From: Octopus bimaculoides
Taxonomy: Eukaryota
NCBI RefSeq assembly: GCF_001194135.2
Contig: NC_068999.1
Span: 52,949,049-53,013,048, forward strand
Length of the DNA: 64,000 bases
Direction of reading: 5' to 3'
Positions within the stretch are counted from its first letter, which is position 1. Every line of letters starts with the position of its first letter. Positions 41,537 to 55,294 of the stretch are shown here, piece by piece. Under the pieces are notes generated by a model, which was not told the DNA's origin, did not search any database, and saw only the letters and a program-made list of their open reading frames with translations. The position numbers and the translations under genes were made by a program.

Positions 41537-42211
41537 CATACATACACATACACACAAACATGCATTTATGCGTGATTTATACGAGTACACACACAGGCAC
41601 ATATAATGTCATGCAGCCTAATTAAATTCTACAACACACCTCTAGGAATATATTTTAAAATAACCAAATTAATATTTACAACTTGTGTTTTCCGTTTTCC
41701 GTTTCGAGTGTCTTATTCAAGCTCGTTCAACTCAAATATCGTTTATTTATCTTGCTGAAAAAATGTTCTCCTTGTATAATAATATACATCCCTGTATGAG
41801 AAACACGAACGTCTCACGGGTATTTAATACATGTCGATCTTAATAAATATTTGTGATGTGTCATTTAATCAACATAATATATTCATTTATACACCTCTAA
41901 GCAATTTACATATTGATAGCTTTTTCGTAGAATCGACTGCTATATACATTCTTGTAGATATGCGTAGGTGTCTCTCTATATTTTTATCTATCTATATATA
42001 TACATACATACACACACACGCACGCACACTCACATACACACATATATGTATGTATATACATATATATATATATATATAAAACATATATATGTATATATAT
42101 AAATATTTATGTGTGTGTGTGTAATACATACAAATATATGCAGATAGCTAGCTAGCTAGATAGATAGATAGCTAGCTAGCTAGCTAGCTAGCTAGATAGA
42201 TAGATAGATAA

Positions 42212-42267
<56 letters not shown>

Positions 42268-42299
42268 ACAATGATATTTAACAAGTTCATGCAAATTCG

Positions 42300-42411
42300 A
42301 ATGCGGAAAGACATTTCGCTGCGGAAATAGCCACGGGAGAACTTTCTCTGCACAGGCGTATGTGCAATCGTTTCGCCCGGCGTGCTAACGATTCTGCCAG
42401 CTCACCGCCTT
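42300..42411 (-). mobile_element. SINE family A 5' fragment
   Basis: tttcgcccggcgtgctaacgattctgccagctcaccgcctt. Confidence 0.65.
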
Positions 42412-43049
42412 AATGATCAAAAATATTTTTACACCCATGGCTCACCAATTGTATTAGGGAGCTATGTGCAGCTGCATTTTTAAGATATGTCAATTCTTTG
42501 ACGGTGATTTGGTCGCTATTTCAAGCAGATCGAGTTGCTACATGATATGGCGGAAATGGCAACCGTTTCACCCTCAAACTCTTACTACTGTCTTTTATTA
42601 CCACACCTACAACTACAACCACCACCACCACCACCACCACCATAAATGCTAATACTACAACTACTAACACTAGCACTCTGCCACCACCACTACCACCATC
42701 ATCACCACCACCACCACCACCACAACCACCACTGACACCAATTCCACTATAACTAAATCTCCCTTACCATAAGCAGCACCGCTAAAACATCATCACTATC
42801 ATAAACATCACCAAAACTGCCACTGAAACCACTACTAGCCCTACTACTACCACTAACGCTATTACAACCACAGCCAATAGCACCATCATCGCAGCACTAA
42901 TAACAACAACAATAATAACAACAACAACTTGGTTTTCACCACCACCACCAACAACAACAACGCAATCGCCATTCAACAGCAACCGCAACCAATAAAAACA
43001 CTAGCGCCACCACCACGAACATGCCAGTATATTTATGTCAGCAATGATA

Positions 43050-43830
43050 TTGAAATATCATTAGTGATTTATGCATTCCTGTAATCCATTGGGACAATCA
43101 CAGCTGGGCGTTTAGATTAGGGCTGGACGAGGTTAATGGTTTAGAATTCGTATTCAATGTAATACTAGACCAAAGCACCCCGCTACTCCTTCCAAAGTTA
43201 AAACTGGTCTTTAAACAACAATTCTAAATCTGATCCAAATATTTTCAGTGATTTATCTACCCAACTTGATCACCGAGGACAGTCACAGCTGGTCGGTTCG
43301 ACTGGATCAAGTGTTTAACTCCATCCCAACCCGAACCGTCACACCGAACTCAGTCGTCATAATCTAATTCAAAAGAGTTGATGCAAATAATTTTTTGGTA
43401 ACTAATCAGTCTTCGGCTCACGAGACAGTCACGATTGGCCGGTTCGAGTGAGCTAAGAGTTAAACTGTAACCTAGTCCGGACCCTAACCTTGAACATGAT
43501 CGTAATACCCTAATGCTAAGACCTGACACAAGCAGTTTCTATAATTAATCAGTCTCTATCCCAGGAGACAGTCACATCTGCACGGTTTGATAAGCCGACG
43601 GTAGGTGAGTGGGTTACAAATCGATTTTAACTCTAACCTTTAAGATTAGGCGCAAGTGAGGGTTTAAGTGGGAATTAAAGTTTAATCTTACGCTAAACAT
43701 GACCCTAGCCCTAACCCTAATCACGTAACTCTAAATATCTCACTTATGTTATCAGACATCCCCTTAGTCTAAACTTGTCACGCTTATTATAAGACATTTA
43801 TCAATCCCAGCTGGTCGGTTCCACAGGGTC
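43050..43830. repeat. Degenerate array of ~145-bp units sharing RGACAGTCACAGCTGGTCGGTT
   Basis: Motif copies at 43092, 43277, 43423, 43566 and about 43806; CCCTAACC-like motifs in between. Confidence 0.6.
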
Positions 43831-43959
43831 AGTGTGTAGAGGATTTCGTGTTATACCTACAGTTCCTCTTGGTATCTGTAGTCTCAAAGCAAAATGAAGA
43901 CAGCCGAAGAAGAATTACGAAGGGGAAAGACGAAGGATCAGATCGATATAATAGATTTA

Positions 43960-44050
<91 letters not shown>

Positions 44051-44585
44051 GCCCTGATGGAATATAACCAGGCAGCGGATCTCATGGCTTCTAATTTCAA
44101 CTGATTGGAAGTGTTATCATGTACATTGTTTTGTCTTTGTGTAAAAGATGGGCCACAGTAAATATTCTGCTCAATATCACAGATTTGCTTTTCAGGTGCT
44201 TCACCTTAACCATTTGAGCATGTCCCTTAGCGGCTGGCGATATGTGCATTTCTGATTCCGAGCAGGACTAGTGAGGGAGCATCATAGCCATGTATTGTAA
44301 AGAATTCTCTGCAGTTTGAAAAATTCACCTCTGGAAACGGTATTTTGTTCATTATTCAAGGACCTTTTTAGTGGGATGAGCTACTCGACCTAAAGAAAAT
44401 TCTAATTGGACCCCACCTGCAAGGTCATAGGCTGTTTACCTTGATATGAGATCACCATGTTGCACACAAATGTTGTGATATATGTGCCTCATGTACTCTT
44501 ATCAGACGGATAGTCATGATGAGCATATTGTGGTACATACATTTGTACTCCAGTGTCACTTTGATGGCATGCATTGCTCTCTCAC

Positions 44586-44587
<2 letters not shown>
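44051..44587. mobile_element. ~540-bp interspersed element embedded in (AAT)n (full-length copy)
   Basis: Termini AAT|GCCCTGATG and CTCTCTCACTT|AATAAT; homologous partial copies at 10764-11053 (same orientation) and 45009-45229 (inverted). Confidence 0.75.
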
Positions 44588-44638
<51 letters not shown>

Positions 44639-44639
44639 C

Positions 44640-45008
44640 CCTTTATTGGCAACGAGAGAAGAACAAAAAAGAAAAAGGGACCATAAAACACAAGGGACAA
44701 ATGGGGCTTAGCACCATAGTTCGTGCATAAAGAAAAAACACGAAAAGCTAACAACAAAAATTCAACAATAACATTCCCCCAAAGCGGAAACTTCCACTCA
44801 GGCACAACCAAAAAACTCCCAAAGTCTTGAGAGAAAAGAAAAGTGTGCGGTTATTTACCCTACCGGTGCTATTGGAAAACGTTTGTCCTGACCACTTAAT
44901 CTGGCTGGAGTTTCTTTGGGAATCTTTTTAAAAGCTTGCTGGTGGCTTTTAGATTAGGGATTCCAACTTCATGAAAGAATACCTCTCTAATGCTTTTGTA
45001 CGTCGCAA
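44640..45008 (-). mobile_element. Probable retroposed LINE-like 3' fragment
   Basis: Minus strand: short disrupted coding-like stretch (RAEIVATYKSIREVFFHEVGIPNLKATSKLLKRF...), then a T-rich UTR-like tract, AATAAA and an (ATT)n tail. Confidence 0.35.
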
Positions 45009-45229
45009 CTATTTCTGCTCGTGATCAGAGATGCACATATCGTCAGCCACCAAGGGACATGCTCAACTGGTTAAGGTCTAGTAACTGACAAGCAAATCTG
45101 TGGTATTGAGCAGAATATTTGCTGTAGCCCATCTTTTATACCAAGACAAAACAATGTATATGATAATACTTCCAATCAGTTAAGATCAGAAGCCATGAGA
45201 GCCACTGCCTGGAACTGCATCAGGGCATT
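45009..45229. mobile_element. Inverted partial copy of the (AAT)n-embedded element
   Basis: Reverse complement of about 44049-44270; ends gcatcagggc|ATT followed by (ATC)n. Confidence 0.75.
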
Positions 45230-45281
<52 letters not shown>

Positions 45282-47230
45282 CCATCATCATCATTATTAT
45301 TGTTATTATTCATACCGAATACGATGATGTTGATGAAATATCCGCGAATCTGGAGGCAATATATTTCAGGGATCAAGTGTCTTGAAGAATTTCTAATTGC
45401 TTTCTGGACATAGCAAGAACAGCAGAAAAAGAAAAAAAGGAAACAAATATGTAAACATAGACAAAAAAAAAAGTATGGCTTCTCTTGAAGCAGAAACGAC
45501 AATGACAACAACAACAACAACGACGACGACGACGATTATAGCAATTACAAGAACATGAGATGATGACAACGTCGTCAAAGATGATGACGACCGCGGCAAT
45601 AACAGTTGCATGGTGGTGATGATGGGGCTAGGGGTGGTTGTGGTGGTGGTACTACTGTTCCTGGTGGTGGTGATGGTGGTGGTGTTGGTGGTTGTGGTGG
45701 TGGTGGAGGTAACAGTGGTGATGATGGTAGTGGTGATTCTGGAGATGGTGATGGCGATGGTGATGGTGATGATGATGGTTATTTATGGTGGTGGTGTTGA
45801 TGAAGTTGTGGTAGTGGTGGTGGTAGTGGCGGTGTTGGTGATAGTGGTGCTGGTGACGTTACTGGTAGCAGTAATGAAGTTGATGACGGTGGTGGTGGCG
45901 GTGATGGTGGGTGGCGGTGATGGTTGCTGTGGAGGTAGTAATGCTGCAGATAGTGTTGCTGAGGATTATGGCGATGAAGGGAGAAACGAGAACAACAACA
46001 ACAACAACAACAACTGCAATATCAAGTACAGAAACAGTAATAACAAAAACAACAACAAAATCAATACCAACAACAACAACAACAACAACAACAACATCTA
46101 CAATAATAATTGCCATAACACCAGCAACAAGAACAACAACAACATAAAAGACACTGTGAACAAGAAGGCAGGATGCTGGCAACGTCGGTCACCGCAGCTG
46201 CAACTAATACCGCAACATCAGAAATGAAAAAGCGATTATGGTATAATGTTTTATATTCTATATTAGTGTGTGTGCGTACTTGCGAGTAATGGACGGGCTG
46301 GGGGGGGGTGTACATGTAGTGTACGCGTGCGTGAGTATTTGTGTGCGCATGACCGTGTGTGTGTATGTGTGTACTGATACATAAACACGTATATACACAC
46401 ACACACACACACACATATATATGAATATCTACATATCTACATATATATATTTACATATACATATGTACATATATATATGTATGTGTACATATATTTACAC
46501 ACACTCACACTCACACAAACACACAAATTTATATATATACACACACAAANNNNNNNNNNNNNNNNNNNNNNNNNNNNNNNNNNNNNNNNNNNNNNNNNNN
46601 NNNNNNNNNNNNNNNNNNNNNNNNNNNNNNNNNNNNNNNNNNNNNNNNNNNNNNNNNNNNNNNNNNNNNNNNNNNNNNNNNNNNNNNNNNNNNNNNNNNN
46701 NNNNNNNNNNNNNNNNNNNNNNNNNNNNNNNNNNNNNNNNNNNNNNNNNNNNNNNNNNNNNNNNNNNNNNNNNNNNNNNNNNNNNNNNNNNNNNNNNNNN
46801 NNNNNNNNNNNNNNNNNNNNNNNNNNNNNNNNNNNNNNNNNNNNNNNNNNNNNNNNNNNNNNNNNNNNNNNNNNNNNNNNNNNNNNNNNNNNNNNNNNNN
46901 NNNNNNNNNNNNNNNNNNNNNNNNNNNNNNNNNNNNNNNNNNNNNNNNNNNNNNNNNNNNNNNNNNNNNNNNNNNNNNNNNNNNNNNNNNNNNNNNNNNN
47001 NNNNNNNNNNNNNNNNNNNNNNNNNNNNNNNNNNNNNNNNNNNNNNNNNNNNNNNNNNNNNNNNNNNNNNNNNNNNNNNNNNNNNNNNNNNNNNNNNNNN
47101 NNNNNNNNNNNNNNNNNNNNNNNNNNNNNNNNNNNNNNNNNNNNNNNNNNNNNNNNNNNNNNNNNNNNNNNNNNNNNNNNNNNNNNNNNNNNNNNNNNNN
47201 NNNNNNNNNNNNNNNNNNNNNNNNNNNNNN

Positions 47231-47318
47231 CTCCACAGAATTTGAACTCAGAACGAAAAGACGGACGAAATAGCGCTAAGCGTTTTTCCCGTCGTACTAA
47301 CAATTCTGCCAGCTCACC
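47231..47318 (-). mobile_element. SINE family A 5' half, truncated by a gap
   Basis: gaatttgaactcagaacgaaaagacggacgaaatagcgctaagc...aattctgccagctcacc. Confidence 0.7.
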
Positions 47319-47458
47319 AACCAGCTGGAATCATATATATTGACCATTAAGACATGAAATATAGACTTGGCCTCGTCGGAATTTGAAATTAGAAAGATTC
47401 TGCTGATTGGCCGCGTTTAGAGCAAAAAAAATATATAAGGAGGTCATTAGTTATGCGC

Positions 47459-47503
<45 letters not shown>

Positions 47504-47742
47504 TACGCGTGTATGTGTGTGTATGTATGCATGTATATATGCATGTCTGTGTGTAAGTGCTTCTGTAAATGTGTGTGTGCTTGCGAGTGAGTATCTCTAT
47601 GTTTGTATGTGTATATATGGGTGTAAGAGGGTATGAATATATGAGTGTGCAAGTATGTGTAAGTAAATGTGTGTGTATGTCTGCGTCTCTTAGTCGGCGT
47701 GTGTGTGTGTCTTGTGTCTGTGTGTGTCTGTGTGTCTGTGTG

Positions 47743-47791
<49 letters not shown>

Positions 47792-49440
47792 ATGTGCGTT
47801 TGCGCGTGTTAAATGTTTCAGAATTAGAAAGCCAATCTCATTTTGAGACTAAGGCCTCATATTAACCATGTATGTGTATGCATGTGTATGTGTGTGTGTG
47901 TGTGTGNNNNNNNNNNNNNNNNNNNNNNNNNNNNNNNNNNNNNNNNNNNNNNNNNNNNNNNNNNNNNNNNNNNNNNNNNNNNNNNNNNNNNNNNNNNNNN
48001 NNNNNNNNNNNNNNNNNNNNNNNNNNNNNNNNNNNNNNNNNNNNNNNNNNNNNNNNNNNNNNNNNNNNNNNNNNNNNNNNNNNNNNNNNNNNNNNNNNNN
48101 NNNNNNNNNNNNNNNNNNNNNNNNNNNNNNNNNNNNNNNNNNNNNNNNNNNNNNNNNNNNNNNNNNNNNNNNNNNNNNNNNNNNNNNNNNNNNNNNNNNN
48201 NNNNNNNNNNNNNNNNNNNNNNNNNNNNNNNNNNNNNNNNNNNNNNNNNNNNNNNNNNNNNNNNNNNNNNNNNNNNNNNNNNNNNNNNNNNNNNNNNNNN
48301 NNNNNNNNNNNNNNNNNNNNNNNNNNNNNNNNNNNNNNNNNNNNNNNNNNNNNNNNNNNNNNNNNNNNNNNNNNNNNNNNNNNNNNNNNNNNNNNNNNNN
48401 NNNNNNNNNNNNNNNNNNNNNNNNNNNNNNNNNNNNNNNNNNNNNNNNNNNNNNNNNNNNNNNNNNNNNNNNNNNNNNNNNNNNNNNNNNNNNNNTATAT
48501 ATATATATATATATATATGGGTATGTGCATGGAGCTTTCATACATAGGCATATATACATATATCCATACACGCACACACACATATAAAAATTAACATTTG
48601 TGTGTATATGTGTATATATGTAAGTATGTGTGCGTGCTGGTGTAGTGCGTGTATGTTTGTGTATGTGTATATTTGAGTGTCTGTGGTAAAAATTTAAAGA
48701 AATTTAATCGAATAAAAGTGTCAAAATGACAGACAGTCCAATCAGCTTCCATCGTGGTGAACAGATACTTTATTCGTGATAATTATTAACAATAGCAGAG
48801 GCTAATGGTGTCTAGTCAAACCCGACACTATATATTAGCGAACAATTTAAGCCAATCTAAAACATGGCGACCAGATAATTCCCTCATTACCAAAACATTA
48901 CAAAATATGCATCGTATTTAATGAAGCAGTAAACTTTGATTGCATAGCTATCAATCTAATATTTGATATGTTAGATAAACGACAAACATGGCGATGGGGC
49001 TCCTGTGCCGGTTGCATTGTGTGTTGGAAATTGTGTTCAAATTTCAAGTTACATGCTACCGCATCTTAATTTAAAGCGAACGAGGTAACAGTTGATAATA
49101 TTTTCATGATTGTACAAATCAAGCGGCAACTGGTCAGGGTTTGAACGCCCTTGGTGTTAAGTGAGCTCCTTCAGAATTGTATTGTGGCTAAAAAAATCAA
49201 CGGCAATTTCTGTTACAACAGCATGGCGATATTTCTGCTGAGAAAGAAGGTTAAAAACAACAGAAGCCTTCAGTTTTCTTCGAGTTCTTTGCGGCGAGCA
49301 GTATGGATGATAGAAGTACCAGTTATTTGCTGCGGTTAGACCTTTACGACTAATCACTTTTCTCTGTGTTTAAAAAATCGAAATTAGAGGACCACTTGAA
49401 GCTGTTGCTATATTTTGAATTACGCATGCAACTTACATTT

Positions 49441-49479
<39 letters not shown>

Positions 49480-49489
49480 NNNNNNNNNN

Positions 49490-49526
<37 letters not shown>

Positions 49527-50424
49527 TGGTGCAAAATGCATAGTAACAACCTGTTCTTTTCCTTTTTCCATATATAACACCAATGCACACACACAATGCG
49601 CGTAGGATATATGTTTAATTAGGTCATAGTTAATCAATCGAGATATTCATTCAGCCACTATGGAAAATCATGATCACACATCCCGCCGGCCCCTTCTTTC
49701 TTAACTGCTCTCATATACTCGAATTTCCACCTTGCCTCTAACCTCCCGATCGCTTCTTTTTCTTCCACCACTTTTTCTCTTTCACGGTCCGTCTTTACTT
49801 TCTTCCTGTATCTTTCGTCTGATGAAAGACTAACACCCGAAACGTCAAGAGTCTTCCCATCCTATTCTGAACGTTAAACTAATACCTTTGTTAAAATTTG
49901 TCCTTCCCGTGTTGCCTTCTTCCATTTTGTGATCGTTGCTTTCACTATTCAATATATTCATTCATGAATACATACACACATACATACATATATTTATATA
50001 TACATATATACACACACATATACATGCATATATACATGCATACATACACTAGCACATTGTATATTGCAAGACATTATAGTAATTTCAAACACTATAAGAT
50101 TACATTTTGTAATGTGTTAAAGTGATGGCGGCGGCGGTGATGGTGGCGGTAGTAAAGACGTTAGTGTTGGTAGGTGGCGGTAACGATGGTGGTGATGATG
50201 GGAGTTGTGACAGTGCTGGTGGCGGTGGCGGCGGCGGCGGTACTCTTCCTGCCATTTGACAAAAGTACTCAAAGCTATTCCAACCATTTCAACAGAAAAC
50301 ACATGTCGATCACGTGATTCTTTTTATAATATTTTTTCTTTTTGTTCTTTTTTATTCCTTCATAATGGTATCGAGTGTTAACAGTTAGATGTATGGGTGT
50401 GTATGCGAACGTTTATTACTGTGA

Positions 50425-50485
<61 letters not shown>

Positions 50486-50712
50486 TGTATGTATGTATGT
50501 ATACGTAGATAGGTGGCGACAGACAGACAGACAGATTGATAGAAATAGTTAGACAGACAGACAGACAGATAGATAGATAGATAGATAGATAGTGTGTGTG
50601 TGTAAGTGAGAATATAACTGTATGTATGAGTACCTCTTTATTTCTGTGCGTGTGTGCACGTGCATAGGCAGCTGTCTGTATATGTGTGCCAATCGATATG
50701 TAAATGTGTTTC

Positions 50713-50751
<39 letters not shown>

Positions 50752-51476
50752 ATGCGTAATTGTGCCTGTTATGTGTTTTGTATACGTTATTTACGAGGTG
50801 CGTGTAAACGTGTGCTTACATGTAGATATCATTCTGCGCATGAAGTATGCATTTGTGTAGAATTTGAACGCATAGTCATTCGTACTTATGTACTTACATA
50901 GTTACATATGTACTTAATTTATGTAACATATGAATAAATGTATGTGCCTGTATACATATATGTATGTCTGTGTGCAGGTGCGTGTGCGTATGTATATGTA
51001 TATATATATATATATAAATATATATATANNNNNNNNNNNNNNNNNNNNNNNNNNNNNNNNNNNNNNNNNNNNNNNNNNNNNNNNNNNNNNNNNNNNNNNN
51101 NNNNNNNNNNNNNNNNNNNNNNNNNNNNNNNNNNNNNNNNNNNNNNNNNNNNNNNNNNNNNNNNNNNNNNNNNNNNNNNNNNNNNNNNNNNNNNNNNNNN
51201 NNNNNNNNNNNNNNNNNNNNNNNNNNNNNNNNNNNNNNNNNNNNNNNNNNNNNNNNNNNNNNNNNNNNNNNNNNNNNNNNNNNNNNNNNNNNNNNNNNNN
51301 NNNNNNNNNNNNNNNNNNNNNNNNNNNNNNNNNNNNNNNNNNNNNNNNNNNNNNNNNNNNNNNNNNNNNNNNNNNNNNNNNNNNNNNNNNNNNNNNNNNN
51401 NNNNNNNNNNNNNNNNNNNNNNNNNNNNNNNNNNNNNNNNNNNNNNNNNNNNNNNNNNNNNNNNNNNNNNNNNNNN

Positions 51477-51524
<48 letters not shown>

Positions 51525-51864
51525 TGTTGCTGTGTGTGTGACTCTATAACTGACAATGTGTGTGTACAAGTAATGAGACGAATGCAGTCTCTTATTCGCC
51601 ACAAAAATGTGTAACTAAGTCAGTGAAAATCCGGAGAAAAACGAAAACTATCGAAATATATCGGAAATACATTGTTACAGACAAAAACTTATAACATATG
51701 ATGTGGTGTTGGATATCTCCTATGCGATATAGGGAATTGAAAAATATCATTTCACCGAGAATGTCCATGTAATTTGAAGACAAAACCTCTCAGATGTTAT
51801 GTTTAACACATAGAAACTAACAATGGGAAATAACTCGAAACAGCTCGGCTGAATCGAAATATTG

Positions 51865-52128
51865 GTTTCAGATATTGGCAGAAGGCCAGTAATTTCGAGG
51901 GTGGAGATAATCCAGTAATAATGGTTTCAAATTTAGGCACGAGGCCAACAATTTCGGGATAAGGGATAAGTCAATTACGTTGACCACAGTACTCAACTAG
52001 TAGTTATTTTATCGAACCTGAAAGGATGAAAAGCGAAGTCGACTGCGGCGAATTTTTGAATTCAGAACGTAAAGGCGGTCGAAATGCTGCTAAGCTTTTA
52101 CCCAGCGTGCTAACGATTCTCCCAACTT
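51865..52128 (-). mobile_element. SINE family A copy with a duplicated 3' tail segment
   Basis: ggtttca.at.ttggca..aggcca.(c/t)aatttcg occurs twice (about 51865 and 51925), then the family A core. Confidence 0.7.
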
Positions 52129-52703
52129 ATCTAGTAATAATATCAATTTTAATACTGATAATAATCCTGTCTTAACAGGATTATTAACTTCTGAGTGGAG
52201 GATTAATACTAATTTTTTTTTAATCATGAGTACCACATACAAGTGAATAAATGCCTTTATAATTTCAAAAGCAAAATTATCTGTTCTTTAGAAAATCAAT
52301 GTTTAAGGAAGAGTTATAATGTATTAATGTAAGGTCATAACAGTGGATCTTACGTATTATTACATGGGTTAGTCCGCTACAACTTGAAAATCTAGATTAC
52401 ATAATCATTCTCATTCATTTAAGTATAGAAGAAAATGTAATTCTACGAATCTTAGTAAATGCATCTGGGATTTAAAAGACAGGACCATTAACTATGATTT
52501 AAAGTTGTTCGTTATTAATTACGCACCATGGTACAATGCTGGTGATATTAAATGTGGTCTTTTCTTTGAGAAATGTATTAAATTAAATTAAGCTTCACAG
52601 TATAAAGTATATATTAATATATAGTATTAGGGAAAAGAACCAAGTTTAATAAATTGATTTTAATTGAGTTTTTACCTGTAATTTTGGATTTTATCCCTAA
52701 TAT

Positions 52704-52859
<156 letters not shown>

Positions 52860-52922
52860 CATGTATGTATGTATATATGCATATATGAATATAATGTGTG
52901 TATGTGTTTATTAATCTCTCTA

Positions 52923-52959
<37 letters not shown>

Positions 52960-53534
52960 ATATATGTATATATAGAGAGAGGGGGGAGAGAGAGAAAATG
53001 ACAACATAAAGGAGGGATATGTATGTGTGTGTGTGTGTGAGAGAGAGAGCGAGAGCGAGTATGTAACTGTGTAAGAGAGAAGCAGAGATAGAAGACAGGC
53101 ACGGGGATTATTTCCATATATGACTTACATACGTACGTACATAGAACCCTATAATTCTCAATATATGTATATTATTTATATAAACTCTTTCCTCATTTCC
53201 AAAATTCTTTCTGTAAATAGCTAAACACTTCAACAATAACAAGTAAAATAATAAAAGAGGACACATACAAAATACACTAAAAAAACTTTCTTGGAAGAAA
53301 AAATCTTTCGCCCTCCCTACACCCTGGCCCATCTCTGAGTTGTTGAAAAGTGGTATGTGTTGTTTCGTAAAATGAAGCGTATTGTTTATATGAAAGAGAG
53401 GTAAATTATCAACAGCCGTTATTACAGTCGTCGCGGTCATTCCCCCTGCACGTATTCAGCCTTGTTATAACCACCATACTTAAACATATATTTTTTTAAG
53501 ACTCAACGCACTTTTATCTTACCGGACTGAAGCG

Positions 53535-53640
53535 GAGTGAAGGCGCGTGGCAAAGTGCTGGGCTCACGGTCATAGGGTTGTAGGTTCGATTCCTTCATCA
53601 AGACACTTCATTTCCCGTTTTCCAGTCTATTCAACTGAAA
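53535..53640 (+). mobile_element. Diverged SINE 5' fragment
   Basis: aaggcgcgtggc...gggctcacggtcatagggttgtaggttcgattcc plus caagacacttcatttc...ccagtctattcaactg. Confidence 0.5.
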
Positions 53641-53957
53641 ACAAAAATCTGTTTAAGTGCAAGTGCTGCATTCTCCTATTTCTATTGTCACATTCACGAT
53701 GTTCCGCCGAAACAAAAATAGAAGGGCTTGCAACTACACAGATGACTAAAACCAAATAGCGAAAGCATGGTATACGCTGCCGCGCCATACTCGTGTGTAA
53801 GTAACGACATAGGTTTATTGAAATAAAGGTAATGACATAGATTTATTGAAAAAAAACCCCCAATGAAAGGGTTACGAGTACAACGCCGACTTTTCGGATA
53901 CCGATGGCCTGGAGTTTACTGACAACATACACATATACATACTAGCATATTAATCCT

Positions 53958-54087
53958 TTCTACTCTAGGCACAAGGCCTGGAATTTTGTGGGTGGAGGTT
54001 GGTTGATTACATCAATCCCAGTGTGTAACTGGTACTTTATTTTATCGACCTCAAAATGATGAAATGCAAAGTCAACCTCGGCGGAAA
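53958..54087 (-). mobile_element. SINE family A 3' half
   Basis: ctttctactctaggcacaaggcctg...actggtactttattttatcgacctc...gatgaaatgcaaagtcaacctcggcggaa. Confidence 0.7.
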
Positions 54088-55140
54088 TTTCAGTTTTAAA
54101 CAGATAATTTTATTTAAGCCAAGAAAATTGCTTTCGGTAAAATAAGATAAGTCAGGTGCTGGGGCACCGTCTTGAAAGACTCAGTCGAACAAATCGACGC
54201 CAGTTATTTATTTTTTTTAAAGCCTGGTACTTATTTTATCGGTTATTTGTTTTCCACCAAACTGCTAGGTTATGTTAACGCAAACAAACCAACAACGGGT
54301 GTCAAGGAACGTCACATATATATCAAACCAGAACTTAAATATGTAATTTAAGAATGTCAGTTAAATTCCTTAAGCTCCATAAATGATATCTCACTTAACA
54401 TTTGATATTTTAAAATGGCGTCTCTGAATGATTTTAAAGAAGAAAAGCCCGGTATATAAAGCAAGAGATTACACAAAGCTTTTATTAAATCTCGTAGGTT
54501 GAATATTGGTACAAAACAGAGATAAAGTAGTATATTTAATCGCTGATTTAAGACTGTTATATCCCTTGGTGCTTTGGGAATTATATCCTCACCATACAAA
54601 ATGGAGTGATAACTATTTCAACCACTATCATATTTGGTGACTAGATATATCACAAATGAAGGTGGCGATAGAGATACATCTATGTAGTGCTGGTTGTTAT
54701 TCTTGTAAAACTGAAGTGGCAGATGTGATATATATTTCGTAGACTGGTGCCCACGCCCACCACTGCGAAAATTAAAACTGAAAAGTAATTACGGCCATAT
54801 TGTCAACGCTAACAAATAGCTTTGAGTGCCATTTATCTACATTTCCATATATTTCAAATATGTATGCATGTATGTCTGTATGTATCTATCTATGTATGCA
54901 TGTATATACATATATGTATGTAAGTATATATATATATATATATATATATNNNNNNNNNNNNNNNNNNNNNNNNNNNNNNNNNNNNNNNNNNNNNNNNNNN
55001 NNNNNNNNNNNNNNNNNNNNNNNNNNNNNNNNNNNNNNNNNNNNNNNNNNNNNNNNNNNNNNNNNNNNNNGTGTGTACTGGGTTAAATGTTACCAGTAGC
55101 ACCCAAGAGCAACCTTACATACATACATACATACATACAC

Positions 55141-55171
<31 letters not shown>

Positions 55172-55294
55172 TACATATAATATAATGTTTGTTTTTATAT
55201 TTAGCTATAATAAAAACAATTTTATATTAATCTGAAGGGTTACTCTATACCTTTGTAGAGTATAAATTTATTATTCATTAACAAGAATAATATT

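Noticed and set aside
43470-43725. Telomeric repeat
   Set aside because: Only isolated CCCTAA words, not a tandem array.
43050-43830. CRISPR-like array
   Set aside because: Eukaryotic context, diverged repeats, long irregular spacers and no cas genes.
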